Positions 1-10,719 are shown, counted from the stretch's first letter. The stretch: DNA of 64,000 nucleotides from Myxococcota bacterium (GCA_965250285.1 OZ252299.1:352001-416000); one strand, 5' to 3'. The notes: generated from the sequence alone by a model not told the origin. Translations and numbers: made by a program.

Positions 1-1076
1 TTGGCCGTGGCGACGACGAAGACCGGCGCCTGCTTCTCGGAGAGCCAGGTCAGGAACGAGCCGAACACGCGCGCGGCCTTCGGATCATTGCCCGAGGCCG
101 AGAAGCCCTTCTCGATCTCGTCGATCCAGAGCACGGCCGGCGCGATCGACTCGGCCACCGCCGTCGCCTCCCGAATCGCCGCTTCGGGGCTCTGCTCAGT
201 GCCGGAGAAGACCGAGGCGAGATCGAGTCGCAGCAGCGGGAACTGCCACTCGAGCGCCACGGCCTTCGCACACAGCGACTTACCGCAGCCCTGGACGCCG
301 AGCAGCAGCAGACCCCGCGGCGAGGGCAGACCGAACTGCCGTGCCTCGAGGCCGAAGGCGCGGCGGCGCTCGCCGAGCCAACGCTTCAGCTCTTCCATGC
401 CACCGACCGTCTTCATGCTCTCATCGGTGTCGTGGTAGGTGAGAGAAGGCGTGCGGCGCAGCGCCTGACGCTTCTCGCGGGCAATGTGCCCTGCAGTCTC
501 GATCGTGAGGCCGCCCGTCAGCTGACAGGCCTTGCGCACGACCCGCACGGCCTCGGCGGCCGTCAGGCCGAGGGCCGCGCGTACGGCGGCCTGGAGCGGC
601 TCGGATCCGGCTTCTGCGCCGACCTCGGGCACCTTGGCGAAGAGCTGCTCGAGCTCTTCGGCTCGGGGCAGGGGCAGTTCGACGTGGCCGGCCTCGCGCT
701 CGAGCTCGAGGGGCAGCTCACACACGGGTCCGATGAACGCGAGTGTCTGACGCTTGCGGTGGAAAGTGGGCAGCAGATCGCGCACCAGGCGGACGGCGCG
801 ATCGTCACCGAGGAGCCGCTGAGCATCGAGCAGGGCGAAGACGACGGGCTCCTCGATCGAGGCCATGCGTCGAAGGCCGGCGCACAGGTCGTCGTCGGTC
901 GACTCGTGACCGGCCAACCCGCTGGCGATCGACCACGTCACCATCTTTCGCTCGGCGCCCTTCGCGGCGCGTTCGAGCACGCGAAGCCCCCGATCCTCCT
1001 CGAAGGTCTCGAGGGCGACGATGCGCCAGCCCGAGCGCAGCAGCAGGGTCAGCTCGGAGACGACAGCCTGGCTCAT
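1..1076 (-). CDS. AAA+ ATPase, Ycf46-like (3' end runs off the window)
   Basis: Read manually, as it is absent from the ORF track: [27 protein letters not shown]...[11 protein letters not shown]...[22 protein letters not shown] (Walker A)...[11 protein letters not shown] (Walker B)...[18 protein letters not shown]. Confidence 0.85.
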   Translation of the reverse strand, partial: MSQAVVSELTLLLRSGWRIVALETFEEDRGLRVLERAAKGAERKMVTWSIASGLAGHESTDDDLCAGLRRMASIEEPVVFALLDAQRLLGDDRAVRLVRDLLPTFHRKRQTLAFIGPVCELPLELEREAGHVELPLPRAEELEQLFAKVPEVGAEAGSEPLQAAVRAALGLTAAEAVRVVRKACQLTGGLTIETAGHIAREKRQALRRTPSLTYHDTDESMKTVGGMEELKRWLGERRRAFGLEARQFGLPSPRGLLLLGVQGCGKSLCAKAVALEWQFPLLRLDLASVFSGTEQSPEAAIREATAVAESIAPAVLWIDEIEKGFSASGNDPKAARVFGSFLTWLSEKQAPVFVVATA

Positions 1077-1179
1077 GAATCCACCGTTCCCATGGGCGCG
1101 AAGGCCCGTCTCGTGCGTTCGCCGAAGCGCGCGTAGCGCGGGCGAGCCCTCGGCCCGACCGGCAGCACGGCTCCGTCTC

Positions 1180-3084
1180 TTATCCGTTGTCGGCCGTGAT
1201 GCGCACGACCTCTTCGAACGTGGTCAAGCCCTCTGCGAGACGCCGGATCGCACACTCCCGGAGGCTCTCCATTCCCTCGATGCGCGCCGCGTCGTTGATC
1301 TCGTTCGCGTCTTCGCCGCCTCGAATCAGCTTCTGCACGCGCCGACCGACCTCGAGCATCTCGAAGACCGCGATCCGGCCGTGCAGGCCGGTGTGTCGAC
1401 AGTCTGGGCAGCCTTCGCCGAAGCGCACGGGGAGCTGTTCGCGCCGCTCGACCGGGATCTTGATGCCGAGTGCGCCGACCTGGTCGGGTGTGAGGTAGCC
1501 ATCGACCCCGCAGCTCGGACAGATCTTGCGCACGAGGCGCTGGGCGACGACGCCGCGCAGCACACTGGAGAGCAGGAAGGGCTCGACGCCGAGCTCGGTC
1601 AAGCGCGTGACGGCGCCGGCCGCGTCTCGCGTATGGACGGTCGAGAAGACGAGGTGGCCGGTCAACGCAGCCTGGACGGCCATCTTGGCGGTCTCGCCGT
1701 CGCGGATCTCACCGACCATGATGATGTCGGGATCCTGACGCAGGATCGTTCGCAGGGCCTGGCTGAAGCCGAGCTCGATCTGTCGCTGCACCTGCACCTG
1801 GCTGAAGCGAGCATCGATCAGCTCGATCGGATCCTCGACGGTCGTGATGTTGATCTCGGCGCCCGACAGGTATCGCAGCGTCGAATAGAGCGTGGTGGTC
1901 TTGCCCGACCCCGTCGGGCCCGTCACGAGGATCAGGCCCGAGGGCGAAGTGATCCAACGCTCGAACTTCTCGCGCTCGTTCGTCGTGAAGCCGAGGTCGT
2001 GCAGCTCGGCCATCAGTACGTTCGGATCGAAGACGCGAATCACGACCTTCTCACCGAAGGCCGTCAGCATGCTCGACACGCGCAGCTCGACCTCGCGGTC
2101 ACCCCGGTTGGTCTTGATGCGACCATCCTGGGGGCGACGGCGCTCGGCGATGTTCATCTTGGCGAGCACCTTGACCCGTGACGTCACGGCGCCATGGACC
2201 GAGAGGGGCAGCTTCTCGATCTCGTGGAGGATGCCATCGATGCGAAATCGGATCGCCGCGTGATCGGGACCCGGCTCGAGGTGGATGTCCGACGCGCGCT
2301 GATCGAAGGCGTATTTCAGCAGGTAGTCGACCGCTGCGACGACGTGTTCGTCGCTAGTGGCTTCGAGCTCGGCGTTGCTTCGCAGCTCGACGAGCTCAAC
2401 CAGAGCGGTATTCGCACCGTGCCCTTCACTGAGCTCTTCGTTCGCTTTGTCGACCTTCTGCTTGAAGCCATGCACTCGCTCGATGATCGCGAGGATGTCC
2501 TTCTTCGCGCTGACGACGTACATCAGCTCGAAGTCGAGCATGTTCGAGAGCGACTCCTGAAGCGTGCTGTCGAAGGGGTCGGTGATCGCGAGCGTCAGGC
2601 GGTTCGCCTCTCGTGAGACGGGCACGACGACATGACGATGGGCGAAGGCCCGTGAGAGCGTCGACGTGATCAGCTTGTTGTCGAGCTTCAGCGGGTCGAG
2701 CTTCTTGTACGGGAACATCGCTGCTTCGGCGATGCACTCGGCGATCGTGTCTTCGTCGATCAGGCGCCGCTCGCGTTTCGCGTTCGGCATACAGGCGGCC
2801 ACGACGATCTCGGCGGCGCTCACGTCGTACTTCGCGGCGGCCTGAGAGCGGACCGATCCGACCTTCTCTTTCAGCACCTGACTGCGCAGGGTCATCGTGC
2901 GCGACTCGATGTCGGCGCTCTGACTCTCTTCGATCAGACCCGCATGGACGAGCAGCTCGAGCAGCTCGGTGAGGTTGAGGGGCGGCCGCAGGTCGTCGGA
3001 GCCGGCGAGATCGCGCAGGGCGCTCGGCTCGGGCTTCTTCGCGGGCGGCTTCTGGACGCGGCGCTGGGGAATCTGCTCGGACAT
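1180..3084 (-). CDS. GspE/PulE/PilB-family secretion/pilus assembly ATPase
   Basis: ASDIHLEP, RRPQDGR, Walker A GPTGSGKTT, TVEDPIE, LRQDPDIIMVGEIRD, TGHLVFSTVH, Zn site CPSC...GCPDC; ATG start chosen at 3084. Confidence 0.93.
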   Translation of the reverse strand: MSEQIPQRRVQKPPAKKPEPSALRDLAGSDDLRPPLNLTELLELLVHAGLIEESQSADIESRTMTLRSQVLKEKVGSVRSQAAAKYDVSAAEIVVAACMPNAKRERRLIDEDTIAECIAEAAMFPYKKLDPLKLDNKLITSTLSRAFAHRHVVVPVSREANRLTLAITDPFDSTLQESLSNMLDFELMYVVSAKKDILAIIERVHGFKQKVDKANEELSEGHGANTALVELVELRSNAELEATSDEHVVAAVDYLLKYAFDQRASDIHLEPGPDHAAIRFRIDGILHEIEKLPLSVHGAVTSRVKVLAKMNIAERRRPQDGRIKTNRGDREVELRVSSMLTAFGEKVVIRVFDPNVLMAELHDLGFTTNEREKFERWITSPSGLILVTGPTGSGKTTTLYSTLRYLSGAEINITTVEDPIELIDARFSQVQVQRQIELGFSQALRTILRQDPDIIMVGEIRDGETAKMAVQAALTGHLVFSTVHTRDAAGAVTRLTELGVEPFLLSSVLRGVVAQRLVRKICPSCGVDGYLTPDQVGALGIKIPVERREQLPVRFGEGCPDCRHTGLHGRIAVFEMLEVGRRVQKLIRGGEDANEINDAARIEGMESLRECAIRRLAEGLTTFEEVVRITADNG

Positions 3085-3305
3085 GACGCATCGCTTATCG
3101 GCAGCCGGCGAGAAATCCCAATCCTCCCGGTCGCGCATCGGCTGCAGCGCGGTGCAGTGACGCTGAACGGGTTCCGCTGGCACCGCGCGAGTGCGGGCGC
3201 AGGCGACACCGGGTCGAGGCTACGGGCGGCTCGCAGCCGGGGGCGGAGGTGGGCCCTGCGCTGGGCGCCGGGCCGGCGCGGGCGCCTTCGACGGCGCCGG
3301 CGCGC

Positions 3306-4298
3306 CTAGAGCGTGCGCATGCTGATGTAGGCGACGTAGATCGCGAAGAGGGCGAAGCCCTCGTAGCGAATGATCACCTGGCGGTGGGTGTTCGAAGTGA
3401 GCCAGAGGGCCAGTGTCAGAATGGCGGTCGCTGCCAGGTCGAAGTGGGCACTCTGCGGAAACTCCATCGGTTTGATGGTCGCCGTGATGCCGCCGATCAG
3501 GAGCGTGTTGAAGATGTTCGAGCCGACGATGCCGCCCACCGCCATGTCGACGGCTTTCCTGCGTACGGCGAGGATGGCCGCGACCAGCTCGGGGAGGCTC
3601 GTCCCCACCGAGACGAGGGTGAGGCCGATGATCACCTTGGGCACGCCGAGAATCGTCGCCAGACTGACCGCCGAGTTGACCGTGAAGTCGGCGCCGATGC
3701 TCAGCCCGATCAGGCCCGCGATCGTGAGGCCGATGTCGCGCCCGATTCGGGGGGGTGTGTCTTCGTCGGGCAAGTCGGCGTTGGCGATCAGCGGCGAGAT
3801 GTCGGCTTCTCGGAAGCCCGCCGTGCGCTGTCGGCTGAGGTCGCCGACCGTGTAGTAGAGAAAGACGATGAAGAAGAGCAGGAGGATCAGTCCATCACCG
3901 CGACTGATCGTATCGACCGGGCCACCGAGATCGGTGTCGAACCCCATGATCGCGAACGCCAGGGTGGCCAGCAGAAGCATCGGCAGCTCGCGGCGCGTGA
4001 CGACGCTCTGGATCGGGAGCGGACTCAGGAAGGCGGTCAGGCCCACGATCAGCCCGATGTTGGCCATGTTCGAGCCGAAGATGTTGCCGAACGAGAGCGC
4101 GCCGGTGTCGTTCAGCGCCGCCTTCACGTTCACGAAGAGCTCGGGTGCGCTGGTGCCGAAAGCGACGACGGTCAGGCCGATCGCGAGCGTCGATACGCCG
4201 AGCGCGCGGGCCAGCTGCGCGGCCGACCGCACGAGAAGCTCCCCCCCGCCGACGAGAAGGATCAGGCCGAGAGCCAACCATGCGAGCTGGGTCCACAT
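3306..4298 (-). CDS. Calcium/sodium:cation antiporter (CaCA, YrbG-like)
   Basis: Two alpha-repeats GTSAPELF...GSNMAN and GTSLPELV...GSNIFN; multiple TM helices. Confidence 0.92.
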   Translation of the reverse strand: MWTQLAWLALGLILLVGGGELLVRSAAQLARALGVSTLAIGLTVVAFGTSAPELFVNVKAALNDTGALSFGNIFGSNMANIGLIVGLTAFLSPLPIQSVVTRRELPMLLLATLAFAIMGFDTDLGGPVDTISRGDGLILLLFFIVFLYYTVGDLSRQRTAGFREADISPLIANADLPDEDTPPRIGRDIGLTIAGLIGLSIGADFTVNSAVSLATILGVPKVIIGLTLVSVGTSLPELVAAILAVRRKAVDMAVGGIVGSNIFNTLLIGGITATIKPMEFPQSAHFDLAATAILTLALWLTSNTHRQVIIRYEGFALFAIYVAYISMRTL

Positions 4299-4564
4299 CG
4301 CGACGAACTCTAGCAGCACGTTCGAGGCCCCGGCCCTGCCCGCGGCGCGGAAAGTCGGCTCGGCGAGAGCCGGCACGGCGCGTGCACATGGCTTCGAGGC
4401 CGCAGCCGATGGGCTCGGCGCCGGTGTGCCCCGGAGCGTTGACTCCGACGCGTTGCGGCGTGATGTTCTGCGCGTCACCCGACCGCTGAATGGCGCCTTC
4501 GCGCCTCGCACTGCAGGCGGCGGGCGCGGCCCGCTCGCCGTCGCCGCCGCTCGAGGACCCTCGC

Positions 4565-5326
4565 ATGTCGACCCGCTACGAGCTGCGCGATGGCGCGGCC
4601 TGGATCACGCTGGCCTCGCCAGAGAATCGCAACGCGATGACCGACGCCCTGATCGGCTCACTTCTCGACGATCTGACCCGGGCCGAGGCCGACCCCGACG
4701 TGCGGGCGATCGTGTTGACGGGGGACGGCCCCGCGTTCTGCGCGGGGGCCGATCTGAAGAACCGGGGTGCCGGGGTCCTGGATCAGCAGGGAGCCGAGGC
4801 GCCGCTGGTGCGGATCCTGAAGATCCTTTGGGAGGGCGCGAAGCCGACGATCGCCGCCGTGAACGGCCACGCGTTCGGCGGCGGTGTCGGGCTGGTCGCG
4901 GCGTGCGACATCGCCCTCTGCGCCGACAGCGCGCGCTTCAGCTTCAGCGAGGTTCGCATCGGCGCGATTCCGGCGATGATCTCGGTCGTTTGCATCCCGA
5001 AGATCGGCGCGAACCAGGCGATGCGTCTCTTTCTGAGTGGCGCGCGCTTCGATGCGCATGCGGCGCAGGGCTACGGCCTCGTGCACGAGGTCGTGCCGCT
5101 CGACGGGCTCGAGTCGGCCGTGCGGCACGAGCTGGCCGAGATTGCGAAGGGTGGTCCGATCGCCGTCACCGAGGCGAAGCGATTGGTGCGCGCCGTTTCG
5201 ACCTCGTCGATGCAGGCCGGCTTCGACTACGCCCAGCGAAAGATCGCCGAGATCTTCGCGTCGGACGAAGCGGCCGAGGGGATGGCCGCGTTCAGCGAGA
5301 AGCGTCCCGCCGCCTGGGTCGAGTAA
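4565..5326 (+). CDS. Enoyl-CoA hydratase/isomerase (methylglutaconyl-CoA hydratase-like)
   Basis: FCAGADL, AVNGHAFGGGVGLVAACD, FSFSEVRIGAIP, EGMAAFSEKR; GAGG upstream of ATG. Confidence 0.9.
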   Translation: MSTRYELRDGAAWITLASPENRNAMTDALIGSLLDDLTRAEADPDVRAIVLTGDGPAFCAGADLKNRGAGVLDQQGAEAPLVRILKILWEGAKPTIAAVNGHAFGGGVGLVAACDIALCADSARFSFSEVRIGAIPAMISVVCIPKIGANQAMRLFLSGARFDAHAAQGYGLVHEVVPLDGLESAVRHELAEIAKGGPIAVTEAKRLVRAVSTSSMQAGFDYAQRKIAEIFASDEAAEGMAAFSEKRPAAWVE

Positions 5327-5394
5327 GGACGGCGCGTGGCGCGCTCGCGGTGCCGCGCCCGGGAACGCACCGCGTCGTCTGCGACTTTCGAGCC

Positions 5395-6732
5395 TCAGTG
5401 CGTGGCTTCGAGTCGCTTGCGCCGCTCCCGCACGCGCATCGGCACGCCGCCCTTGGGCGCCAGCGTGACGTTTCGGCGCTCCGTCGCCGGCGCCTCGCGT
5501 TCGAGCAGCTCGAGATCGAGCTCGTTGAGGATCGTCGCGAGCGCCAGCGCCATCTCGTGGAGCGCAAACGACGCGCCGAGGCAGCGCCGCGCGCCGCCGC
5601 CGAAGGGCAGGTACTCGAACGGCGTGAAGCGTCGCTCGAGGAAGCGCTCGGGAAGAAAACGGGACGGCTCGGGAAAGGTCTCGGGGTTCGTGTGCGCGAG
5701 TGAGATGCTGGCGCAGAACCCGGCGCCCGCCGGCACCTCATAGCCGCCCAGCTCTCGGTCGACGGCCAGGATCCGCATCACTTCGCTCAGGATCGGATGC
5801 ACACGGAGTGTCTCCTGACACACGGCCTCGAGGTAGGGCAGCTCGGCGATCGTCGCGGGGTCGAACTCGGGGCCCACCGAGTCGATCTCGTCGCGCAAGC
5901 GCGGGAGGACGCCCGGCGTGCGGTGGATGCGATCGAGCGCCCACGAAAGGGCGATGCCCGTCGTCTCATGACCGGCGGCGAGGAAGGTCTTCAGCTGCGA
6001 CGCGATGAATGCGTCGCTCGGTTTCGTGCCGTCTTCGTACTCGAGGCAGAGCATCTGCGATAGCACGTCGTCGCGCTCGGCTGCGACGGGGCGAATGCGC
6101 TGGATCTGCTCGAGCAGGAGCGCATCGGCGCGGCGATTGACCCTCTGAAAGTGCGCCCACGGCCCCCGACCGAAGAACTCGCGCTGCAGCGGCTTCGCGA
6201 ACAGGAAGAGCGGGCTGAGCGCGTTCATCGTCGCGAGGATCGCCTCGTGATACGTCTCCATGCGTTCGGGCTCTTCGACGCCGAACATCGCATCGAGGAT
6301 CACGTCGAGTGAGATCGCCTGCGTGAGCTGCATGGCGGTGAAGCAGTCGCCCGCTTCGAGTCGGGCGACGCGACGGTGGGTGGCCCGCACCATCATCGGC
6401 CCGAGCCCGCGCATGCGCGAGCCGAGGAAGGGCGGGCCGAGCAGCCGGCGGTCACGACGATGCTCGGGGCCCGACTTGATCAGGATCGCCTGGGCGCCGA
6501 TCAGCGGCGCCAGCACCTCGTTGCCAAAGGGCAGGTAGTCATCGGGGTCGGCCGTAAAGATGTCGCGAATCAGATCGGGACGACCTGTCGTGATGAGATC
6601 GCCATTCAGTGCGTTGATCCGGAACGGATCACCATGGGTGTTGCGCCACTGTTCGATGACGTCGGGGCCGCCCGTCATCAGGCGGTACGTCGTCCACCAC
6701 TTCGAACGCGGACCGGGGGGCAGGTCAGCCAT
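5395..6732 (-). CDS. Cytochrome P450 (CYP110/CYP135-like)
   Basis: N-terminal LPPGP, I-helix AAGHETT, ETLR, PERF, heme motif FGGGARRCLG. Confidence 0.93.
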   Translation of the reverse strand: MADLPPGPRSKWWTTYRLMTGGPDVIEQWRNTHGDPFRINALNGDLITTGRPDLIRDIFTADPDDYLPFGNEVLAPLIGAQAILIKSGPEHRRDRRLLGPPFLGSRMRGLGPMMVRATHRRVARLEAGDCFTAMQLTQAISLDVILDAMFGVEEPERMETYHEAILATMNALSPLFLFAKPLQREFFGRGPWAHFQRVNRRADALLLEQIQRIRPVAAERDDVLSQMLCLEYEDGTKPSDAFIASQLKTFLAAGHETTGIALSWALDRIHRTPGVLPRLRDEIDSVGPEFDPATIAELPYLEAVCQETLRVHPILSEVMRILAVDRELGGYEVPAGAGFCASISLAHTNPETFPEPSRFLPERFLERRFTPFEYLPFGGGARRCLGASFALHEMALALATILNELDLELLEREAPATERRNVTLAPKGGVPMRVRERRKRLEATH

Positions 6733-6971
6733 GCGCCGACTCCTTCGTGCGAACGAGGAAGGCGAGCGGCACGTGCCTGCTCGCCACGCGTCGAGTGTCC
6801 GCGGCGGGCCGAGGCGTGGGAAATGCATCGGATCGCTGCGCGACGCCGCTGCGGTTTCGGTGGCGCCCTAGACGCAGCAGGCCCGCCGAGAACGGCGGGC
6901 CTGCCTGGTGGCGCAGCGCGATGTGGCGCGTGGGGGCGTTCGGACGCCGTTCGCACGCGGGCGAGAGAGGC

Positions 6972-8204
6972 CTACGCCTCGGGCGTGAACTTCACCTTCA
7001 TCTCGCAGCACGTCCGCACGAGGGCCGAGGGCTTCAGCACGGGGCCGTCGCTCGCGTAGGCCATGTCCGGCATGCGCTTCAGGATCTGCTCGAAGGCGAC
7101 GCGCAGCTCCATGCGTGCCAGGTTCGCGCCGAGGCAGAAGTGCGTGCCCATGCCGAAGGCGAGATGCTGAGGGTTGCGATCGATGTCGAACTTCTCGGGA
7201 TCGTCGTAGCGGCGGGGATCGACATTCGCGGCCGGGTACATGATCAGGACCTTGTCGCCCTGCTTGATCGGCTGGCCTGCGATCTCCGTATCCTGGGTCG
7301 CCGTTCGTCCGAAGGAGTGAATCGGCGACACGAGCCGCAGCATCTCTTCGCACGCCTGAGGGATCAGCGACGGGTCCTCGATGAGACGCTGCCGCTGCTC
7401 GGGGTGCTCGATCAGCAGGGCCATGCCGCCCGAGAGCGCGTTTCGCGTCGTCTCGTTGCCCGCGACCATCAGCAGAACGAGCATCATGACGAGTTCGTCG
7501 TTCGCCAGGGCGTTCTGCTCCTCACTGAACTCGATCTCTTCGATCAGCTCGGTGCGGCCGAAGTTGCCGAGCACGCCTTCGTCCTTGGCGCCGACGAGGA
7601 TGCTCACCAGATCGTCCTGCGGATTCGCACGCCGGTCTTCGATGATCTCCTTCGTGTAAGCCGAGTACTCCATGAAGGCCTTGGCCGCCCTGGCCATGAT
7701 CTCTGGGTTATCGAAGTTGCCGTCGCCGGCGATCATCGCGTCACTCCACTCGTGGAAACGCTTGCGGTCCTCTTTGCGAATGCCGATCATCTCCGCGATC
7801 AGCAGTAGGGGCAGCGGGACCGCGATGTCCTCGACGAAGCAGCACTCGCCCTTCGCCGCCACGGCGTCGATCGCATCGTTGGTGATCTCGAGGAAGACTG
7901 CTTCGAGCTTCTTGACCATCCGGGGCGTGAAGCCGCGGTTGATCAGCTTGCGCAGGTTGCCGTGCTTCGGCTCGGCTTCGTCGATGAGGCCCAGCTTGGC
8001 CGGGTTGTTCGGGCGCACGCCCTCGGCCGATGTGAAGAGCTCTTGATGCTTCGAGACGTACTCGACGTCGGCATAGCGTGTGACGACCCAGACCTGGTCT
8101 TTCTCCGACCAGTACACCGGGGCGTGATCCTGCATGTATTGCAGGCGGGGCCGCATGTCTTCGTCCCAGCTCGAGGCGGAGAGAAAATCGACGTCGAGAT
8201 CCAT
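6972..8204 (-). CDS. Cytochrome P450 (CYP124/125/142-like lipid or sterol side-chain oxidase)
   Basis: VAGNETTR, EEMLR, heme motif FGMGTHFCLG; AAGGAG RBS before ATG 8204. Subfamily is an inference. Confidence 0.9.
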   Translation of the reverse strand: MDLDVDFLSASSWDEDMRPRLQYMQDHAPVYWSEKDQVWVVTRYADVEYVSKHQELFTSAEGVRPNNPAKLGLIDEAEPKHGNLRKLINRGFTPRMVKKLEAVFLEITNDAIDAVAAKGECCFVEDIAVPLPLLLIAEMIGIRKEDRKRFHEWSDAMIAGDGNFDNPEIMARAAKAFMEYSAYTKEIIEDRRANPQDDLVSILVGAKDEGVLGNFGRTELIEEIEFSEEQNALANDELVMMLVLLMVAGNETTRNALSGGMALLIEHPEQRQRLIEDPSLIPQACEEMLRLVSPIHSFGRTATQDTEIAGQPIKQGDKVLIMYPAANVDPRRYDDPEKFDIDRNPQHLAFGMGTHFCLGANLARMELRVAFEQILKRMPDMAYASDGPVLKPSALVRTCCEMKVKFTPEA

Positions 8205-8247
8205 GGTGGGGGGCTCCTTCTGCGTCGCCGCACGACGCAGTTTCAGT

Positions 8248-8952
8248 TCATTCATCGGCGGACCGTGGGTCCGACTGTTCGCTCGACACGAGCAGCTTCA
8301 CCAGCTCGCCGAAGAATTCGACCTGTCGTCGAATGGTCTCCGGCGAATCGGGTTCATCGCCCGTGAGGATTCTCAGAAGGGGAGCGGTCGTGAAGTGACC
8401 GATCAGTAGGTTGTAGAACGCGAGCAGAAGCATCGGCCGTTGCTCGGGCTTCCAATGGCTTCCTGCACTCACCTGCTCGAGTGCTGCCGCTCCGCCGACG
8501 AGCGCGGGCTGGACCGATTCGTCGAGTACGAGTGCGAGTTGTTCGCCGCCCGAGAGCAGCTCGTACTGCAGCAGCTTGGGGATGTTCGGTCGAGCGCGAA
8601 ACACATCCATCATCGACGCGATCACGTGCTGCGGCTCGCTCGAGAGCCGGCCATCGTTCACGCCTTCGAGCACGTCGGTGATCGGCGCGATCGCGCTCGA
8701 GAGCACGGCCTCGTAGAGCGCCGACTTGCTGTCGAAGTGGTTGTAGAGGCTCGGGATGCGAATGCCGACCCCGTTCGCGACGTCGCGCAGCGAGGTGCCG
8801 GCGTAGCCTCGTTCGGCGAAGGCGGCCTCGGCGGCGCTGAGGATCCGGTCGCGGGTCGAGGGGCCCTCGGCCGCACGACGCACTTCGCCCGACCCGGCTC
8901 GGGCGGGGGCGGTTCGAACGTCGGGGGTGAGCGGAGACGGCATCGGGGGCAT
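8248..8952 (-). CDS. TetR/AcrR family transcriptional regulator
   Basis: TRDRILSAAEAAFAERGYAGTSLRDVANGVGIRIPSLYNHFDSK HTH; start uncertain (8952 or 8943). Confidence 0.92.
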   Translation of the reverse strand: MPPMPSPLTPDVRTAPARAGSGEVRRAAEGPSTRDRILSAAEAAFAERGYAGTSLRDVANGVGIRIPSLYNHFDSKSALYEAVLSSAIAPITDVLEGVNDGRLSSEPQHVIASMMDVFRARPNIPKLLQYELLSGGEQLALVLDESVQPALVGGAAALEQVSAGSHWKPEQRPMLLLAFYNLLIGHFTTAPLLRILTGDEPDSPETIRRQVEFFGELVKLLVSSEQSDPRSADE

Positions 8953-8977
8953 CCGGTCGCGGGGCAGCGAGCGTGCT

Positions 8978-9032
8978 AACTAACGATCGCTAGGAACTAA
9001 CAAACGCTAGTTTCGGTCGATCGGCGGCCCAA
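8978..9032 (-). promoter_or_regulatory. sigma70-like promoter with two tandem TetR-type operators
   Basis: Minus strand TTGGGC(9032-9027)-17 nt-TAGCGT(9009-9004); imperfect palindromes AACTAACGATCGCTAGGA (8978-8995) and AACTAACAAACGCTAGTT (8995-9012) in a locally AT-rich patch. Confidence 0.65.
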
Positions 9033-9180
9033 GTCAAGCTGAATCTGTGGCCGAATGGGCTCTCTGGGGGGCGAACGGGCTGCGTGGGCGATCGAGCGGC
9101 GTGCGGGCGCTGCGAAGCGTGCGAGGCCGCACTCAGACGTCCGTGGATGCCGCCGGCGCGCACGCCGACCGCGCCCGGCC

Positions 9181-10719
9181 TCAGCGCACGCGGATCGCGA
9201 AGTGCGCCAGATCGCGCGTCTTCGCACGCAGGAGCACGGCCAGCACGAAGCCGACCAGCGCGGGGTCGGGGGCATGGGGCTTGAGGGCGTAGCGGAGGCC
9301 GAGGGTGCGCCCCGCATCGTCGTCGAGCGCGACGATCAGCTCGCCGACGCCCGCGCCGCCGTCCTCGGCCTCTTCGGCCTGAGCCCGAACGCGGAGGATC
9401 CGCCGCGCGCCGCGTTCGTACTCGGGGTTGGTCACGTGGGTGAAGAACCGGTCGACGAACGCGCGGTCGAGCTTGTCGAAGAGCGCCTCGACCGAGCCGG
9501 TTCGAGAGTGCTCCGAGAAGTTCACGCGAGCGCCGCCCTCGGCCGGCTCGACCCAGGGCTCGAGCTGTCGCTCGACCTCGTTCGTGTGGGCCGCAGTCTG
9601 CGCTGCGCGGGCGGCCTTGCGCGAGATCTGTTGCGACGTCGAGAGCTGCACGGCCCGGGTGTCGCGGCGCGCCTCGCCGACCAGCTCCTTCAGGCGCCGG
9701 ATCTCGCGGTTGCGTGCGCGCAGCTTCGACTCGAGATCGGCGTGTTGCGTCTCGACCTCCGCGAGCAGCTCTTCGGCTGCTGCGAGCTCTTCGCGCGAGG
9801 CGTCGAGGTCGTGCTCGTATCGCTCGACCATCGAGTCGTGCTCGGCGAGCACGCGCTCCATCTGTGTCTTCTTCGATTTGATCGAGCGCAGGCGCGCATC
9901 GTCCACGCGATCGGGCGGCTGGCCCCGGGTCACCTCGTCGAACTCGCGGTCGACCGCGGCGATCTCGGCGTCGAGTCGGGCACGTTCGTGCGCCGCCTCG
10001 TCGCGTTGGCGCTCTGTCTCCGTCACTCGACTTCGGAGCAGCGCCGTCTCCCGGCGGTTGACTTCGCGCAGATCGCCGAGCTCGCCCGCGACCTCGCGCG
10101 CCTCCGCGTCGATTCGGTCGAGCTCGAGCTGATCGCGGTGCAAGGCACGCACCGTGCCGAAGCCCACGAACATCACCGTGATCAGGTAGCCGTAGAGCGG
10201 CAGCGATCGGTTGTAGAGGTGGCGCTCGAGCCAGGCATCGGCGTCGGCGAAGTAGTCTTCGGCCGAGAGAGTCCAGGCGCGGCCGAGCGCGGTCAGCAGC
10301 GGCGGTCGAATGCCCTGCGCGACCTCGACGACGAGCCGGCGCCCATCGGCCAGATCGAACTCGAAGCGCTCGGCGAGCGCCGTGCGCTGCAGATCGACGA
10401 CACCGCGGTTGTGCAGGCGCAGAGGCTCACCGCCCGAGGCACGCGAGAGCGTGACGTCGACGTGCGCCGCACGACGGTCGATGTGCTTCTGGATCGCGGC
10501 CTCGGCCGCTGCATCGGTCGGCCCAGGCCACAGGGCGACCAGATCTCGCACATCGCCGGCCATGCGCTCTGCGCCGGCGATCGCGAGGTGTCGCTGGGTA
10601 TCGTAGAACGTGTGCCAGTTGAACGCGTAGAGCACCGATGCGAGCAGCACCGAGCCCGCGAGCCAGACGACGGTCGAAGCCGCCGCCGAGCGCCAGATGC
10701 GCGCGCGCAGCCCACTCAA
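9181..10719 (-). CDS. Hypothetical 2-TM membrane protein with long coiled coil and unknown C-terminal domain
   Basis: 512-aa ORF; hydrophobic segments VVWLAGSVLLASVLYAF and LYGYLITVMFVGFGTV; E/R/L/A-rich heptad region; TTG start. Confidence 0.7.
   Translation of the reverse strand: MSGLRARIWRSAAASTVVWLAGSVLLASVLYAFNWHTFYDTQRHLAIAGAERMAGDVRDLVALWPGPTDAAAEAAIQKHIDRRAAHVDVTLSRASGGEPLRLHNRGVVDLQRTALAERFEFDLADGRRLVVEVAQGIRPPLLTALGRAWTLSAEDYFADADAWLERHLYNRSLPLYGYLITVMFVGFGTVRALHRDQLELDRIDAEAREVAGELGDLREVNRRETALLRSRVTETERQRDEAAHERARLDAEIAAVDREFDEVTRGQPPDRVDDARLRSIKSKKTQMERVLAEHDSMVERYEHDLDASREELAAAEELLAEVETQHADLESKLRARNREIRRLKELVGEARRDTRAVQLSTSQQISRKAARAAQTAAHTNEVERQLEPWVEPAEGGARVNFSEHSRTGSVEALFDKLDRAFVDRFFTHVTNPEYERGARRILRVRAQAEEAEDGGAGVGELIVALDDDAGRTLGLRYALKPHAPDPALVGFVLAVLLRAKTRDLAHFAIRVR

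Noticed and set aside
4371..4386. sigma54-like GG-N10-GC (CGGCACGGCGCGTGCA) upstream of the enoyl-CoA hydratase
   Set aside because: Deviates from TGGCAC-N5-TTGC, and such matches are expected by chance at this GC content.
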